From Bacteriovoracaceae bacterium (GTDB lineage Bacteria; Bdellovibrionota; Bacteriovoracia; Bacteriovoracales; Bacteriovoracaceae), in assembly GCA_041586955.1 (NCBI GenBank), contig JBFGZE010000009.1, positions 1 through 64,000 of the forward strand: DNA of 64,000 nucleotides, read 5' to 3'. Below, in pieces: positions 8,734 to 19,422 of the stretch (the stretch's first letter is position 1; each line of letters begins with the position of its first letter). The notes beneath the pieces are model-generated. The model ran no database searches. It saw nothing but the letters and a program-made list of their open reading frames with translations, and was not told the DNA's origin. The position numbers and the translations under genes were made by a program.

Positions 8734-10569
8734 ATGATATTTGTAAAAACATTCTTTATTGGGCTTAGTTTGCTCTTTTCTTCAGTTCGTGCGGCGAGTA
8801 AAAGGCCTCAAAATAATTATTGTGCGGCAATTCGCGGTAATGGAGAATTGATAACCGCCCATTGGGGTGCTTTGGCAAGAATGGTTGAAACCTATGGTAC
8901 ACCCCAAGCGCTGGCGGGGGGGAGCTCTGCTAGCCTCAGCATGTTTTTAATGGATAGTATGGTGATGAATCCCCTCATTAAAAATAATACGATTAAGAAA
9001 ACATCGTATCTTTCTCTCTTGTTAAAATCATTAGAGGGTCATCTAGAGTATTGGGCAGCTCTTCCTGATGCGCAGGCGATTATGGCCATCTCTGGTGATC
9101 AGGAATTAAAACAGGCCTTACAAAAATGGATGATAACTTTTGGGAGCGATAAACCGGCCAAGATCACGCCTCAAAATATGGCCGCAATCAAAGTGGAACT
9201 GCTACATTATACTGCCCGTTATCATAAAGAATTGGCGGCCATTGCTGAGTCAAGTCGCTTTAAAGGTTTGATTAACCCGGAGCTGATTGCCTATGCCGCC
9301 GGAACACAAAAGATGGCCGATGCCTTGATGCTTAATTCTAATTTGGCGGAGTCCCAAAGATTACAAAAACAAATCAACTTCCGTTTTAGTGAAATTAAAA
9401 ATGCGATCCAGTTTTTTGGAAAATTCAATGCCAAAGAAGACGGTCACCTCTTTATTCGCCACGGTCTTGGTTCCTTTAAAGGTCTAGCGGCGCAAGTTGG
9501 TCAAATGGCAAATTATTATGCTGGGCGAGCTTACGATCAAGAGGACAAGAACAATTTAGCGACTTTCCTTACTACTTGTGCGCCAAAGGCCAAGGGCCTT
9601 ACTTGGCAAGAGCTCAATCAAAAGGATCCTTCCTGTCGCATGCTCTTTATTAAGGGGCTTCAGGTTTATAATCAAAAAATCAACAATAAAACATTTAAAA
9701 GTCGTCTGAATGATAATATTGGGGAAGGCCTAAAAGTTCTCCCGACGACTGCTGTTTTATCAGGGGATGCCGTTTCTCGTTATGAGCAATTGAAAAAAGC
9801 ATATGATCAAGCGATAAGTTCAAACGATTTACCTGAACTTGTTTTTTCCTATGATCAACTTCATTTTGGCTATTGGGGACAAAACAAAGACCTTAAGAAA
9901 ATTAAAAATGAACTTAGGAGTTCTGAGGGGCTGCTCGACGGTCACGGGAATGCGGTAGACCTAAGCGCTGATAAAAAGTCTCTTAAGTTTTTCCCTCTGG
10001 GGAATACTCAATGGGAAAATGTTCTTTTAACTTCTCCTGCTGAACCTGGTCTTTCACGACTCACTCCCATTGCAGGCCATCCTGAATTATTATCGGCAGG
10101 AGGTTGGTCTGACTTACACCCGGTGCCAGTGCTTAAAGCACTAGGCTGTTCTCAGGTGGTTTATGTCACTCGTCGAGATGGAGAGTCTTTATTTGCTCAA
10201 GGCGCGTTTAAGAAATTGGTTAATTTAGAGGGGGCATTTTGGGATGATCTTAACGCCCAAACCAATAATGCGGGAAAGCCAGATGACCAAGATAGTGATT
10301 GGAGTCTTTTCTATAATTTGGGAAACCCAAAGAGCTCTTTGAACGTCTCTTTGCAAATGGCGGACGCCGTACTTTGTACCGATTGGAATAACTTTGATGT
10401 GACAAAAGGAATTGGTCCTCTCATTTTGGATGGTTATCAAGCGCCTTTCTACGTCGCTGATGAACGCAACGTTTTTATGAATCGGGCCGAGAAACAAATT
10501 ACTCGCGGTGATAATGAATTTTCCACCGACCTGGGCTTTCCTCTTTATCGGGGTTGCCTGCCTTATTAG
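8734..10569 (+). CDS. Secreted patatin-like protein with atypical motifs
   Basis: Signal peptide; RGNG..AHWG, LAGGSSAS, SPAEPG and LSAGGWSDLHPV align with patatin blocks I-IV. Confidence 0.65.
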   Translation: MIFVKTFFIGLSLLFSSVRAASKRPQNNYCAAIRGNGELITAHWGALARMVETYGTPQALAGGSSASLSMFLMDSMVMNPLIKNNTIKKTSYLSLLLKSLEGHLEYWAALPDAQAIMAISGDQELKQALQKWMITFGSDKPAKITPQNMAAIKVELLHYTARYHKELAAIAESSRFKGLINPELIAYAAGTQKMADALMLNSNLAESQRLQKQINFRFSEIKNAIQFFGKFNAKEDGHLFIRHGLGSFKGLAAQVGQMANYYAGRAYDQEDKNNLATFLTTCAPKAKGLTWQELNQKDPSCRMLFIKGLQVYNQKINNKTFKSRLNDNIGEGLKVLPTTAVLSGDAVSRYEQLKKAYDQAISSNDLPELVFSYDQLHFGYWGQNKDLKKIKNELRSSEGLLDGHGNAVDLSADKKSLKFFPLGNTQWENVLLTSPAEPGLSRLTPIAGHPELLSAGGWSDLHPVPVLKALGCSQVVYVTRRDGESLFAQGAFKKLVNLEGAFWDDLNAQTNNAGKPDDQDSDWSLFYNLGNPKSSLNVSLQMADAVLCTDWNNFDVTKGIGPLILDGYQAPFYVADERNVFMNRAEKQITRGDNEFSTDLGFPLYRGCLPY

Positions 10570-10574
10570 TGGAT

Positions 10575-10606
10575 AAAAAGGGGGCCTTAAAAGGCCCTTT
10601 TTTTTT
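10575..10606 (+). terminator. Rho-independent terminator
   Basis: GGGCCT-TAAA-AGGCCC followed by a T run. Confidence 0.85.
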
Positions 10607-10702
10607 GCTTATGACACATTGCTTATGCTTAGAAATGACATGCTAAAGGGAGTCATGTGAGCTATACTACTTTGTAAATTTAATGCCATTTTGGGGTTTT
10701 AT

Positions 10703-12403
10703 ATGTCTGAAGAATTAGAAAATAATGAAAAAGTAAATTTTATAACTAAAAAAATTGATGAAGATCTTAAATCTGGGAAAAATGGAAATAAGGTTGTCAC
10801 CCGCTTCCCTCCAGAACCAAATGGCTACCTTCATATTGGTCATGCCAAGTCGATTTGTCTCAATTATGGCCTGGCCGCAGATTATGCTGCGAAAGGACAG
10901 GAGGCCAAATTTCATTTACGATTTGATGACACCAATCCAGTTAAAGAAGAACAAGAATTTATCGATGCAATTAAAGAAGACGTCAAATGGTTAGGCGCTG
11001 ATTGGGGTGAAAACCTTTTTCACGCCTCTCATTATTTTGACCAAATGTATGATTATGCCTGTCAGCTTATCAAATTGGGCAAGGCCTATATTTGTGAATT
11101 GAACGGTGATCAAATGCGCGAGTTCCGCGGATCATTAACTGAACCTGGTAAAAATTCTCCTTATAGAGACAGAAGCGTTGAAGAAAATTTGGCCTTATTT
11201 GAAAAAATGAAAAATGGAGAAATTGATGAAGGGAAAATGACCCTGCGAGCGAAAATTGATATGGCCTCACCATTTTTTATCATGAGAGATCCGGTGATCT
11301 ATCGTATTCTTAAAAAATCCCATCCTGTGACTGGGGATAAATGGAATATTTATCCTATGTACGATTATGCTCATTGCCTAGAGGATATGATTGAAGGGAT
11401 CACCCATTCAATCTGCACCTTAGAATTTCAAGATAATAGGCGCTTTTATGAATGGGTTTTAGAAACTCTACAAACGTCTTGTCGTCCACAACAAATTGAA
11501 TTTTCACAATTAAACCTGGAATACACCGTCCTTTCTAAAAGATTTTTGAGAAAGATGGTAGAGGACGGTCTTGCTGTTGGTTGGGATGACCCCCGTTTGC
11601 CAACGATCAAAGGCCTGCGAAGACGCGGCATTCGACCTGAATCTATCAGAAAATTTGCTGACCAAATCGGTGTTACCAAAAAAGATTCAACCATTGCCAT
11701 TGAAACTTTTGAAGGTATCGTCAGAGATGACTTAGGTCCCATTTGTCCACGTGTTTTTGGGGTGGTTGAACCGCTTAAAGTTGTCATTACCAATTGGGAT
11801 CAAGGTATACAAGAAATTGAAGCGCCTTTTCACCCTCATGACGAATCATTTGGCAAACGCATGGTGCCTATGACCAAGGAGATCTATATTGAAAAATCAG
11901 ATTTCATGGAGGAGGCACCTAAGAAATTTTTCAGATTAAAACCTGAAGGTTATGTGCGTTTGAAATATGCCTATGTTTTAAAATGTGATGAGGTGATTAA
12001 AAACGATAAGGGTGAAGTGAAAGAGCTTCATTGTACTTATTTCCCTGAGACCTTTGCAGGGGTGAAACCAGAGGGCTTTCCTAAGGTGAAGGGAATTATC
12101 AATTGGGTTTCTGCGAGCGAAGGTCTGGAAATTGAAAACCGCCTCTATGATCGACTTTTTATCGTGCCTAATCCTCGTTCCGATAAGGAAAAGGATTTTA
12201 CTGATTTCTTAAACCCCAAATCTTTAGTGGTTGAAAAATCTTTTGTTGAGCCAGCGATTAAAGATGCCGCTATCGGAACTCGCTACCAATTTGAAAGACA
12301 AGGGTATTTTATTGTTGATCAAGACTCCACAGAATCGAAAAAGGTATTTAATCGAATTATGACTCTTAAAGATAATTGGAATCTAGGTCCAAAGAAGGCC
12401 TAG
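10703..12403 (+). CDS. glnS: Glutamine--tRNA ligase
   Basis: TRFPPEPNGYLHIGHAKS, LRFDDTNP, ITHSICTLEF, LSKR, YQFERQGYF. Confidence 0.97.
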   Translation: MSEELENNEKVNFITKKIDEDLKSGKNGNKVVTRFPPEPNGYLHIGHAKSICLNYGLAADYAAKGQEAKFHLRFDDTNPVKEEQEFIDAIKEDVKWLGADWGENLFHASHYFDQMYDYACQLIKLGKAYICELNGDQMREFRGSLTEPGKNSPYRDRSVEENLALFEKMKNGEIDEGKMTLRAKIDMASPFFIMRDPVIYRILKKSHPVTGDKWNIYPMYDYAHCLEDMIEGITHSICTLEFQDNRRFYEWVLETLQTSCRPQQIEFSQLNLEYTVLSKRFLRKMVEDGLAVGWDDPRLPTIKGLRRRGIRPESIRKFADQIGVTKKDSTIAIETFEGIVRDDLGPICPRVFGVVEPLKVVITNWDQGIQEIEAPFHPHDESFGKRMVPMTKEIYIEKSDFMEEAPKKFFRLKPEGYVRLKYAYVLKCDEVIKNDKGEVKELHCTYFPETFAGVKPEGFPKVKGIINWVSASEGLEIENRLYDRLFIVPNPRSDKEKDFTDFLNPKSLVVEKSFVEPAIKDAAIGTRYQFERQGYFIVDQDSTESKKVFNRIMTLKDNWNLGPKKA

Positions 12404-12445
12404 GACAAAGCTCCCTCAACGCAATTGGGGGAGTCCTTTATTTTC
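12404..12445 (+). terminator. Probable terminator between convergent genes
   Basis: CTCCCTCAA-CGCAA-TTGGGGGAG, then T-rich sequence. Confidence 0.6.
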
Positions 12446-12461
12446 CTTGAATCACAAGAAG

Positions 12462-13286
12462 TTATTTTTTTAAGATAATAATGGCCCCGCCACCTAAGTT
12501 TTTAAAACCCGGAAAGACTTTCATTAAATAATAATCAAGCTTTTCGAGAAATGATGGTGAAGGGTCGTTATTTTTGCGAAAGAGTTTATCAAAGCGGCTA
12601 AAAAGCACAAAACGCTCGATTGTAATGTTGGGAAAATGCTCGGAGATAACCTTTAAGTCATGGACATTTAACTTTCGCTCATCTTCAGTAATATGGTTCT
12701 CAAAACTGACCTGGTTGGGGAAAAATGTGGTCACCAATTTCATATTGCGAATTTTATCCCAGAAGCTAACCTCAATAGGCTCGCGGAAGATCGCCTGGCC
12801 ACCTCTTTTAAGAATTCTTTTACATTCTTGAATCGAGGCCGAAATATCAACGTGGTGGAGGATATCAACACCAATAATAATATCAATCGATTCATCGGCG
12901 TAGGGCAATGATTCTGCTTGAGAGACTGTAAACTCGCCGGCCTGCTCAATACCGTGTTTAAGAAAAAGTTGGCGCGCCACTTCAATATTGTTTTCACTAA
13001 TATCAAAGCCACGAATTTGGTAACCAATTCTTTGGAAGCGGAGTGCATTATCCCCGGGACCAGTCCCAAAATCGAGAAGGGTAGGGTTATCATTTGGACT
13101 TGTTTGATAATATTCAATGGCCTTTTGGTAAATGGCCCAGTAACTATTCCAGGGCCTAGACTCTCGCCCTTGGAGGACTGAGTCTATAGGAGAGAAATCG
13201 ATCTGGTTGTTGAGATCAAAGGAAGTGGCGTACTGATCGTAGTACTCTTTCTCTCTTTTTTGTCTTTCCGTCAGTGCCATGTCCAT
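12462..13286 (-). CDS. Class I SAM-dependent methyltransferase
   Basis: LLDFGTGPG, GFDIS, AESLPY, ILHHV, RILKRGG. Confidence 0.88.
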   Translation of the reverse strand: MDMALTERQKREKEYYDQYATSFDLNNQIDFSPIDSVLQGRESRPWNSYWAIYQKAIEYYQTSPNDNPTLLDFGTGPGDNALRFQRIGYQIRGFDISENNIEVARQLFLKHGIEQAGEFTVSQAESLPYADESIDIIIGVDILHHVDISASIQECKRILKRGGQAIFREPIEVSFWDKIRNMKLVTTFFPNQVSFENHITEDERKLNVHDLKVISEHFPNITIERFVLFSRFDKLFRKNNDPSPSFLEKLDYYLMKVFPGFKNLGGGAIIILKK

Positions 13287-13468
13287 CTCCTATTAATAAA
13301 TTGAGTTATTGATAAGTTTCTTGGTTATAGCATCTTTCTGAAGTTAAAAACTAGGGGGTGGTGTATTTTTCAGATTATATAAATTTTGGAGCTTTAAAGA
13401 TACTCATTGATAATTATTATCCGGGCACTTTGGCCAATCCTATTTCTTATCACGACGAATAGTATTTT

Positions 13469-14479
13469 TTATTTTTCATTAAAAAAGTTGCGAAAGTAAT
13501 TAACAGTGAGCTTAAACTCTTGCGGGTATTGATCGGCCATAAAGATACGGACATTACTAAGTGCTTGAAATAAGCTGTCGGCCTTGCGATAGGGGCGCTC
13601 AGTAATCATGGCGGCGATGACGTCAATCGCGGTGATTAAGGTCGATTCGAGTCCGTGAATTTGATCATCTTCTTCCTCTTCGAGGGGAAGATCAATATCT
13701 TGACCAATTAGACTCCATGAATGATGGCCTGAAATCATTCGCAATTGGGCCGGAGAGATGGGGAGCCGACCTTTAAGAATTTGAACAGAATGCTCAGCAT
13801 GACGTGATAATTTAATTTTGTCCTGCTCTGAGAGTTCGTCAGAATCGTATTTTTTGGTGGGAATAGAGCTCATTCCAATATCTTTAAAATAGCTCGTTAC
13901 AAAAAGTGTTTCAATTTCCTTATCTCCAAACAGGCGTGAGTATTTGAGAATACCCAAGAGAAAAAGAGAAGAGATTAATGGCTGGGCAAATACATAATGA
14001 TGGCGTTGCCCAATTATGTTTTGATAAAGAGATTCGTGAAAATCCATTTTATTCATTAAAAAATAAGCAAGGTTTTTGACACATTGATAATGCAATTGCA
14101 AAAGCTCGTCATCAGTGGGGTCATTATAAACATATTGCAAATGAATGGTTAGTAGGTTCATTTGCTTTTTGACTTTCTCTAGCGGGTTACCTACGGAGAA
14201 GCTTCGAGTGGTTTGAATTAATTCGCGCTGGACCCCTTTTACAAGAGAATGTTTGTATTTTCCGAGGATATATAAATTGGCCTGTCCCTGCTTGATTAAA
14301 GCGCGTAATACATCTGGCCTAATATGATCACCCTTGCGTAATATTTTCTGAAATTGACCAATCTTAATACCATAAATATCTGTGGGGCAAATTTCAATAA
14401 ACAAGAGTTCGCGAAGGGAAATAGGGGATAATTTAAACCCTAAATGACTTCTTTTAATTATTTCTAATGCTTGACTCAT
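13469..14479 (-). CDS. Degenerate HD-GYP-like protein
   Basis: FKDIGM (for LHDIGK), GHHSW, IDVIAAMITERPYRKA; no GYP motif. ATG start inferred at 14479. Confidence 0.7.
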   Translation of the reverse strand: MSQALEIIKRSHLGFKLSPISLRELLFIEICPTDIYGIKIGQFQKILRKGDHIRPDVLRALIKQGQANLYILGKYKHSLVKGVQRELIQTTRSFSVGNPLEKVKKQMNLLTIHLQYVYNDPTDDELLQLHYQCVKNLAYFLMNKMDFHESLYQNIIGQRHHYVFAQPLISSLFLLGILKYSRLFGDKEIETLFVTSYFKDIGMSSIPTKKYDSDELSEQDKIKLSRHAEHSVQILKGRLPISPAQLRMISGHHSWSLIGQDIDLPLEEEEDDQIHGLESTLITAIDVIAAMITERPYRKADSLFQALSNVRIFMADQYPQEFKLTVNYFRNFFNEK

Positions 14480-14689
14480 AATTCTAATATTGTACCCGTC
14501 TTTGACTCTTTTATTTATCCGGCAAATAAATATGCCAATTATTTGGGCCAAAATAAATAAACTGAAAAGTTTGTGGAATTATTGCACAAAATACTCAACT
14601 TATAGAAATTATTACCCGTAAAGAAGGAGAGGTAAATTACACTCGATTTTACCCACTAAAAGAGTAAAGTGTTAATAGTTTGAAAATTT

Positions 14690-15625
14690 ATGAGCAAAAA
14701 ACTAGACTATTCACATTCATCATTAATGATCAAGGAACAAGAGTTCTGGGACTATCTCTTTTCTGATTCTTTGCAATCAGACTTTTCTATTGACCCTATG
14801 GGAATCTTGCGTTTTCATTGGGCCAGTTGGGATCAAACCTGTAAGTGGCAGAAAGAACACATCAAAACACATTACCAAGATAAGCTTAACAACCTAGAGG
14901 AAAAACTAGAGAGTTTTAAAAATATCCCTGCCTGGGTTAGTCACACTCATCAAACGGTGAAAATCAGCCTTTACGATTTGTATATGGGATATTCTGATAA
15001 GCGAATGCGAGATCATTTTTTTAATAATAAAATGCAGTATTTGGTATCCTTTGAAACAGAGGCGGGGCCATTTGTTTCTATTCCTTCACTTAAGTGGTTT
15101 GATAAAGAGATCTTTGCGCTATTTATTTTTCACCGGATTTTAACGGAAGAAATTCCTTTACGCCGATTTCGCCTATTTTGTGAAATCCCCATGGAATATT
15201 GTGTCGGCCTATCGGCCACACAAAACTCATTAATTCATCTGGTCCAATTTGATGAGAATGGCCTTTTAATGCGTATCTATGGGCGAAACATGATGAGTAA
15301 AATTCTTGAGCAGGATATAGGTCAATTTAAAATTGATTTGAGTTTACTCAGCTGCCTAGGAGTAAATGGAATGCAAGATTACTCTTTAAGCCAGACCTCT
15401 CCCTCATTAACTATAAGCTTTCAAACTGAAACATTGCGGCAGCGCAATGGAATATTTCAACATTTTACTCAAACTCAAATGTCGAGTTATTATTGTTATT
15501 TACGATTTGAAGATTTGTTCAGTGAAGACATTGAGCTTCTTCATGAGTTTAAACAAACTCTTAAGAAGCTAATCGATGAAGTTCAAAATAATCTCAAGAT
15601 TCAATTAGATAAAAAGGCCGCCTAA
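14690..15625 (+). CDS. Hypothetical protein, possible degenerate PilZ-like C-terminal half
   Basis: 311-aa ORF; PLRRFRL followed about 25 aa later by VQFDENGLL. Confidence 0.6.
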   Translation: MSKKLDYSHSSLMIKEQEFWDYLFSDSLQSDFSIDPMGILRFHWASWDQTCKWQKEHIKTHYQDKLNNLEEKLESFKNIPAWVSHTHQTVKISLYDLYMGYSDKRMRDHFFNNKMQYLVSFETEAGPFVSIPSLKWFDKEIFALFIFHRILTEEIPLRRFRLFCEIPMEYCVGLSATQNSLIHLVQFDENGLLMRIYGRNMMSKILEQDIGQFKIDLSLLSCLGVNGMQDYSLSQTSPSLTISFQTETLRQRNGIFQHFTQTQMSSYYCYLRFEDLFSEDIELLHEFKQTLKKLIDEVQNNLKIQLDKKAA

Positions 15626-16563
15626 ACTAAATCACAACGAATTAAGCGTTTATCATCGCCTTCACGGAGAAGGGGTCTCTTTTGACGGCAGGACTCCTGG
15701 GCAATGGGGCAGCGTGGATGGAAGGCACAGCCGCTAGGGGGATTAACGGGGGAAGGAAGCTCTCCGGTCAACGGGGAATGTTTCTTTTGCCCAAAAATGG
15801 AAGGGGAAGCTTCTAATAAGGCCTTGGTATAGGGGTGTGATGGGTTATTAAAAAGTGCCTCTTTATCACCCCATTCCACAATTTCTCCTAAATACATGAC
15901 GATGACTTTTTCGGCCAAATAGCGAACAACGGTGAGATCATGAGTAATGAATAAAAGTGTTAAGGAGAATTGTTGCCGCAACTCAAGGAGAAGGTTAATG
16001 ATTTGACTCTGAATGGAGACATCAAGTGCGGAGATTGGCTCATCACAGATGAGAACTCTAGGTTCAAGAATCAAGGCCCTGGCAATACCAATTCGCTGGC
16101 GTTGACCTCCGGAGATCATATGGGGGTAGCGGTCGGCCATGTTCGTCCGCAAGCCTACTCGCTCCATCAATTCAAGGGCGCGTATTTTAGCATCTTCTTT
16201 GCTGGCCTTTTTTTGAATGAGAAGAGGGTCGGCGATTAATTCCCAAAGCTTCTTACGCGGGTTGAGCGAGAAATAGGGGTCTTGGAAAACCATTTGAATA
16301 TCTGTTGAGCGTGGTGTTTTTTCATCTTGATAATCGTGTTCAGAAAAAAGCTCTATGCGCCCAGAAGTAGCAGGCGTTAATTTCATCAGGACTTTGGCCA
16401 AGGTACTCTTCCCACAGCCTGATTCACCAACCAAGGCCACTATTTCGCCTTCGTTGATTTCAAAGGAGATATCCTTAAGGGCCGTGACGGATTGTTGCTT
16501 TTTGCCCCAGCCTTTAATGGGGTAGTGTTTTGCCAAATTCTCTACTTTTAAAACGGTCATCAT
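15622..16563 (-). CDS. dppF: Dipeptide ABC transporter ATPase
   Basis: [30 protein letters not shown]. Confidence 0.92.
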   Translation of the reverse strand: MMTVLKVENLAKHYPIKGWGKKQQSVTALKDISFEINEGEIVALVGESGCGKSTLAKVLMKLTPATSGRIELFSEHDYQDEKTPRSTDIQMVFQDPYFSLNPRKKLWELIADPLLIQKKASKEDAKIRALELMERVGLRTNMADRYPHMISGGQRQRIGIARALILEPRVLICDEPISALDVSIQSQIINLLLELRQQFSLTLLFITHDLTVVRYLAEKVIVMYLGEIVEWGDKEALFNNPSHPYTKALLEASPSIFGQKKHSPLTGELPSPVNPPSGCAFHPRCPIAQESCRQKRPLLREGDDKRLIRCDLV

Positions 16564-17534
16564 TTATTGTCCTGATCCATGGGAAAGTGGCAATAGGCCG
16601 TGGAGAAATTATTCTTATGCCAAATCGGGAATTCTTTGTCACATAAATCCTGGGCCTTGGGGCAGCGGGGCGCAAATTGACAAAAAGGAGGGCGATCATG
16701 AATATCTGGAACCACTCCGGGAATACTATAAAGTTTCGCCTGGTTTTTTTGTGATTCGGGTAATGACTTTAAAAGTCCATCTGTATAGGGGTGAGAGGGG
16801 TGATGAATAACATCTTTGGTTTTTCCTCGTTCGATAATTTCCCCAGCATACATAATTTGAATATTTTCTGTATTTTGAAAAACCACACCAAGGTCATGAG
16901 TGACAAGTATGAGGGCCATCCTATACTTTTCAATGAGCTCGCGTAAGACCGTGAGAATTTGGTCTTGAATTGTCACGTCCAGGGCCGTCGTTGGCTCATC
17001 GGCTATTAATAATTGTGGTTTTGATGCCAGGGCCATCGCAATCATAATTCTTTGGGCCATCCCGCCAGACAATTCGTAGGGATAGGCGTCCAGGCGCTTT
17101 TGTGGATCGGGAATACCGACATCATTTAATAATTGAATGGCCTCATCTTCATACTGGTCTTTGTTAATATCATTGCGATGAAAGCGAAACACCTCAAAAA
17201 TTTGTTTGCGAACGCGCATGGTGGGGTTAAGAGCACTCATTGGGTCCTGGAAAATCATACTGACTTTTGAGCCGCGAATATCTTGCCATAATTTAGGATC
17301 AGGACGGGGGATTTTTTTTCCTAAGATGATCAGCTCATCGAATTCTATAATTGCCTGTGTCGGCCATAAACCCATCAGACAGAGGTTGGTTAAGCTTTTG
17401 CCACAGCCTGATTCTCCCACCATACCCAAGGTTTCACCCTCTTTTAATTCAAAAGATAAATTGGAAATCGCCTTAAGGCATTGACCATTTTCTGCGGGAA
17501 AGGAAACATTGAGGTTTTTTACCGAAAGAATCAT
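16560..17534 (-). CDS. dppD: Dipeptide ABC transporter ATPase
   Basis: [28 protein letters not shown]. Confidence 0.92.
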   Translation of the reverse strand: MILSVKNLNVSFPAENGQCLKAISNLSFELKEGETLGMVGESGCGKSLTNLCLMGLWPTQAIIEFDELIILGKKIPRPDPKLWQDIRGSKVSMIFQDPMSALNPTMRVRKQIFEVFRFHRNDINKDQYEDEAIQLLNDVGIPDPQKRLDAYPYELSGGMAQRIMIAMALASKPQLLIADEPTTALDVTIQDQILTVLRELIEKYRMALILVTHDLGVVFQNTENIQIMYAGEIIERGKTKDVIHHPSHPYTDGLLKSLPESQKNQAKLYSIPGVVPDIHDRPPFCQFAPRCPKAQDLCDKEFPIWHKNNFSTAYCHFPMDQDNK

Positions 17535-18394
17535 CGCTTTTGACCTACCTTTGGATCGAGTATATCGCGTAACCCATCACCAAGAAGGTTGAGTCCAAGA
17601 ACTAATAATAAAATACAAACTCCAGGTAAGGTCACTAATGAGGGAGAACTTTCAATATAGGCCCGGGCATCGGCCAGCATTGTTCCCCATTCAGCAAGTG
17701 GTGCTTGTGCTCCTAAACCGAGAAAGCCCAACGCCGCCGCATTTAAAATAGCATCTGAAAGCCCCAGGGTTCCCTGAATAATGAGAGGAGCACCGCAATT
17801 GGGGAGGATTTCCTTTAGCATAATACGCCAGGGGCCTGCACCAAAAGTGAGAGCGGCGTGAATATAAGGTTTTTCTTTTTCAGCAATGGCCTGGGCACGG
17901 ATCAGTCTGGTGAAAGAGGGAATGGCGACAATGGAAACCGCTATAATCGTATTGAGAAGTCCAGGGCCTAGGATAGAGACGATAACGATTGCTAGAAGGA
18001 CACTGGGAAATGCCATGAGTATATCCATTAAGCGCATAATAACCGTATCCCAATAACCGCCTTTATAACCACTAACTAGCCCCAGAACGCCTCCTATTAT
18101 TGATGAGAAGGCGACCACGGAAATGCCGATGAGAAGTGATAGTCGTGCACCATAAATGAGGCGGCTGAGAAGGTCGCGTCCAACATCATCTGTACCGAAT
18201 AGGAAAAGGCCTTTACTGGTTGTCGCCAGGCCTGGCGCTATTCTTAAAAAATCCGGGTAGATGGTGTAAGGGTCGTGTGGGGCCAAAAGCGGGGCAAAGA
18301 TTGCCATTAAGGCAAATATTAAAATGATAATAAGGCCAAAGAGGGCCCCATGATGAGGTAAGAGTAATTTGAGGTAAAGCTTAAGGGCGCTCAT
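17531..18394 (-). CDS. dppC: Dipeptide ABC transporter permease
   Basis: FGTDDVGRDLLSRLIYGAR, LGFLGLG, EWGTML. Confidence 0.92.
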   Translation of the reverse strand: MSALKLYLKLLLPHHGALFGLIIILIFALMAIFAPLLAPHDPYTIYPDFLRIAPGLATTSKGLFLFGTDDVGRDLLSRLIYGARLSLLIGISVVAFSSIIGGVLGLVSGYKGGYWDTVIMRLMDILMAFPSVLLAIVIVSILGPGLLNTIIAVSIVAIPSFTRLIRAQAIAEKEKPYIHAALTFGAGPWRIMLKEILPNCGAPLIIQGTLGLSDAILNAAALGFLGLGAQAPLAEWGTMLADARAYIESSPSLVTLPGVCILLLVLGLNLLGDGLRDILDPKVGQKR

Positions 18395-19422
18395 TTTTGC
18401 AGCTCCTTACGCATTTGGGGATTAACCCAGGCATAGAGAATATCGACCAAGATATTTATTAGAACAATAAAAGTTGTAATGAGTAAAATCCCACCCTGAA
18501 TAACGGGATAATCAATGGCGCGAATGCTGGTCACAAACCATTTTCCAATTCCTGGCCAGGAAAAAATAGTTTCAGTAAGAATCGCTCCGGTAATAATGGA
18601 GCCAAATAAAAGGCCAGCGGTGGTGATAATGGGGATCAGGGCATTGCGAAGTGCATGGTTGATAAGAATGATTCTCGTTGGTAGACCTTTGGCCTTCGCT
18701 GTTCGAATAAAGTCCTCGCCTAAAATTTCTAATAAACTAGAGCGTGTCATCCTTGCCATAACGGCAAGAGGGATAGTCCCCATGGCAAAAGAGGGAAGAA
18801 TAATATGTTTGACGGCACTCCAAAAGGGAGCAAGACCTTCTTCTTTTAAAACTTCAGGTGTTAAGGTATCGATAAAGAGAAAGCCGGTCCAAGGCTCCAC
18901 ATCAAACATAACACTCAACCGGCCAGAGACGGGAGTTAGTCCTAAATTGACGGAAAAAAGAAGGATGAGCAGCAGGCCCCACCAAAAAATGGGCATGGAG
19001 TAACCTGTAATCGATATACCCATAAGAAAATAATCCCAAATGGTCTGGCGTTTTAAGGCGGCAATAACGCCTAAGGGGATGCCAATACATATCGCAAAAA
19101 CCATGGCCAAAAGGCCAAGTTCAAGAGTCGCGGGGAAACGGTCCCAAAACTCGTCTGCGACAGGGCGTTTAGAGACGATGGATGTGCCTAGGTCTCCCTT
19201 GAGAACTTTGCCCATATAGCGCCCATATTGTCGCCACAGCGGGAGATCAAGTCCCATGTCTTTTTTCATTTGGGTATAGACTTTGGGATCTGCGCCTCTT
19301 TCACCAAGCAATAAGAGCACGGGATCACCTGGAACAAGGCGCACTAGGATAAAGCTTAAAATGGAAATCCCCACTAGAGTGGGGATTAATTCTGCAAATT
19401 TTTTAGCAATATAGGAAAGCAT
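18391..19422 (-). CDS. dppB: Dipeptide ABC transporter permease
   Basis: VPGDP, FPATLEL, RTAKAKGL, ETIFSWPGIG. Confidence 0.93.
   Translation of the reverse strand: MLSYIAKKFAELIPTLVGISILSFILVRLVPGDPVLLLLGERGADPKVYTQMKKDMGLDLPLWRQYGRYMGKVLKGDLGTSIVSKRPVADEFWDRFPATLELGLLAMVFAICIGIPLGVIAALKRQTIWDYFLMGISITGYSMPIFWWGLLLILLFSVNLGLTPVSGRLSVMFDVEPWTGFLFIDTLTPEVLKEEGLAPFWSAVKHIILPSFAMGTIPLAVMARMTRSSLLEILGEDFIRTAKAKGLPTRIILINHALRNALIPIITTAGLLFGSIITGAILTETIFSWPGIGKWFVTSIRAIDYPVIQGGILLITTFIVLINILVDILYAWVNPQMRKELQK

Noticed and set aside
18515..19003. 162-aa + strand ORF and the many other 60-125 aa nested ORFs
   Set aside because: Antisense or out-of-frame shadows of well-supported genes, with no motifs.
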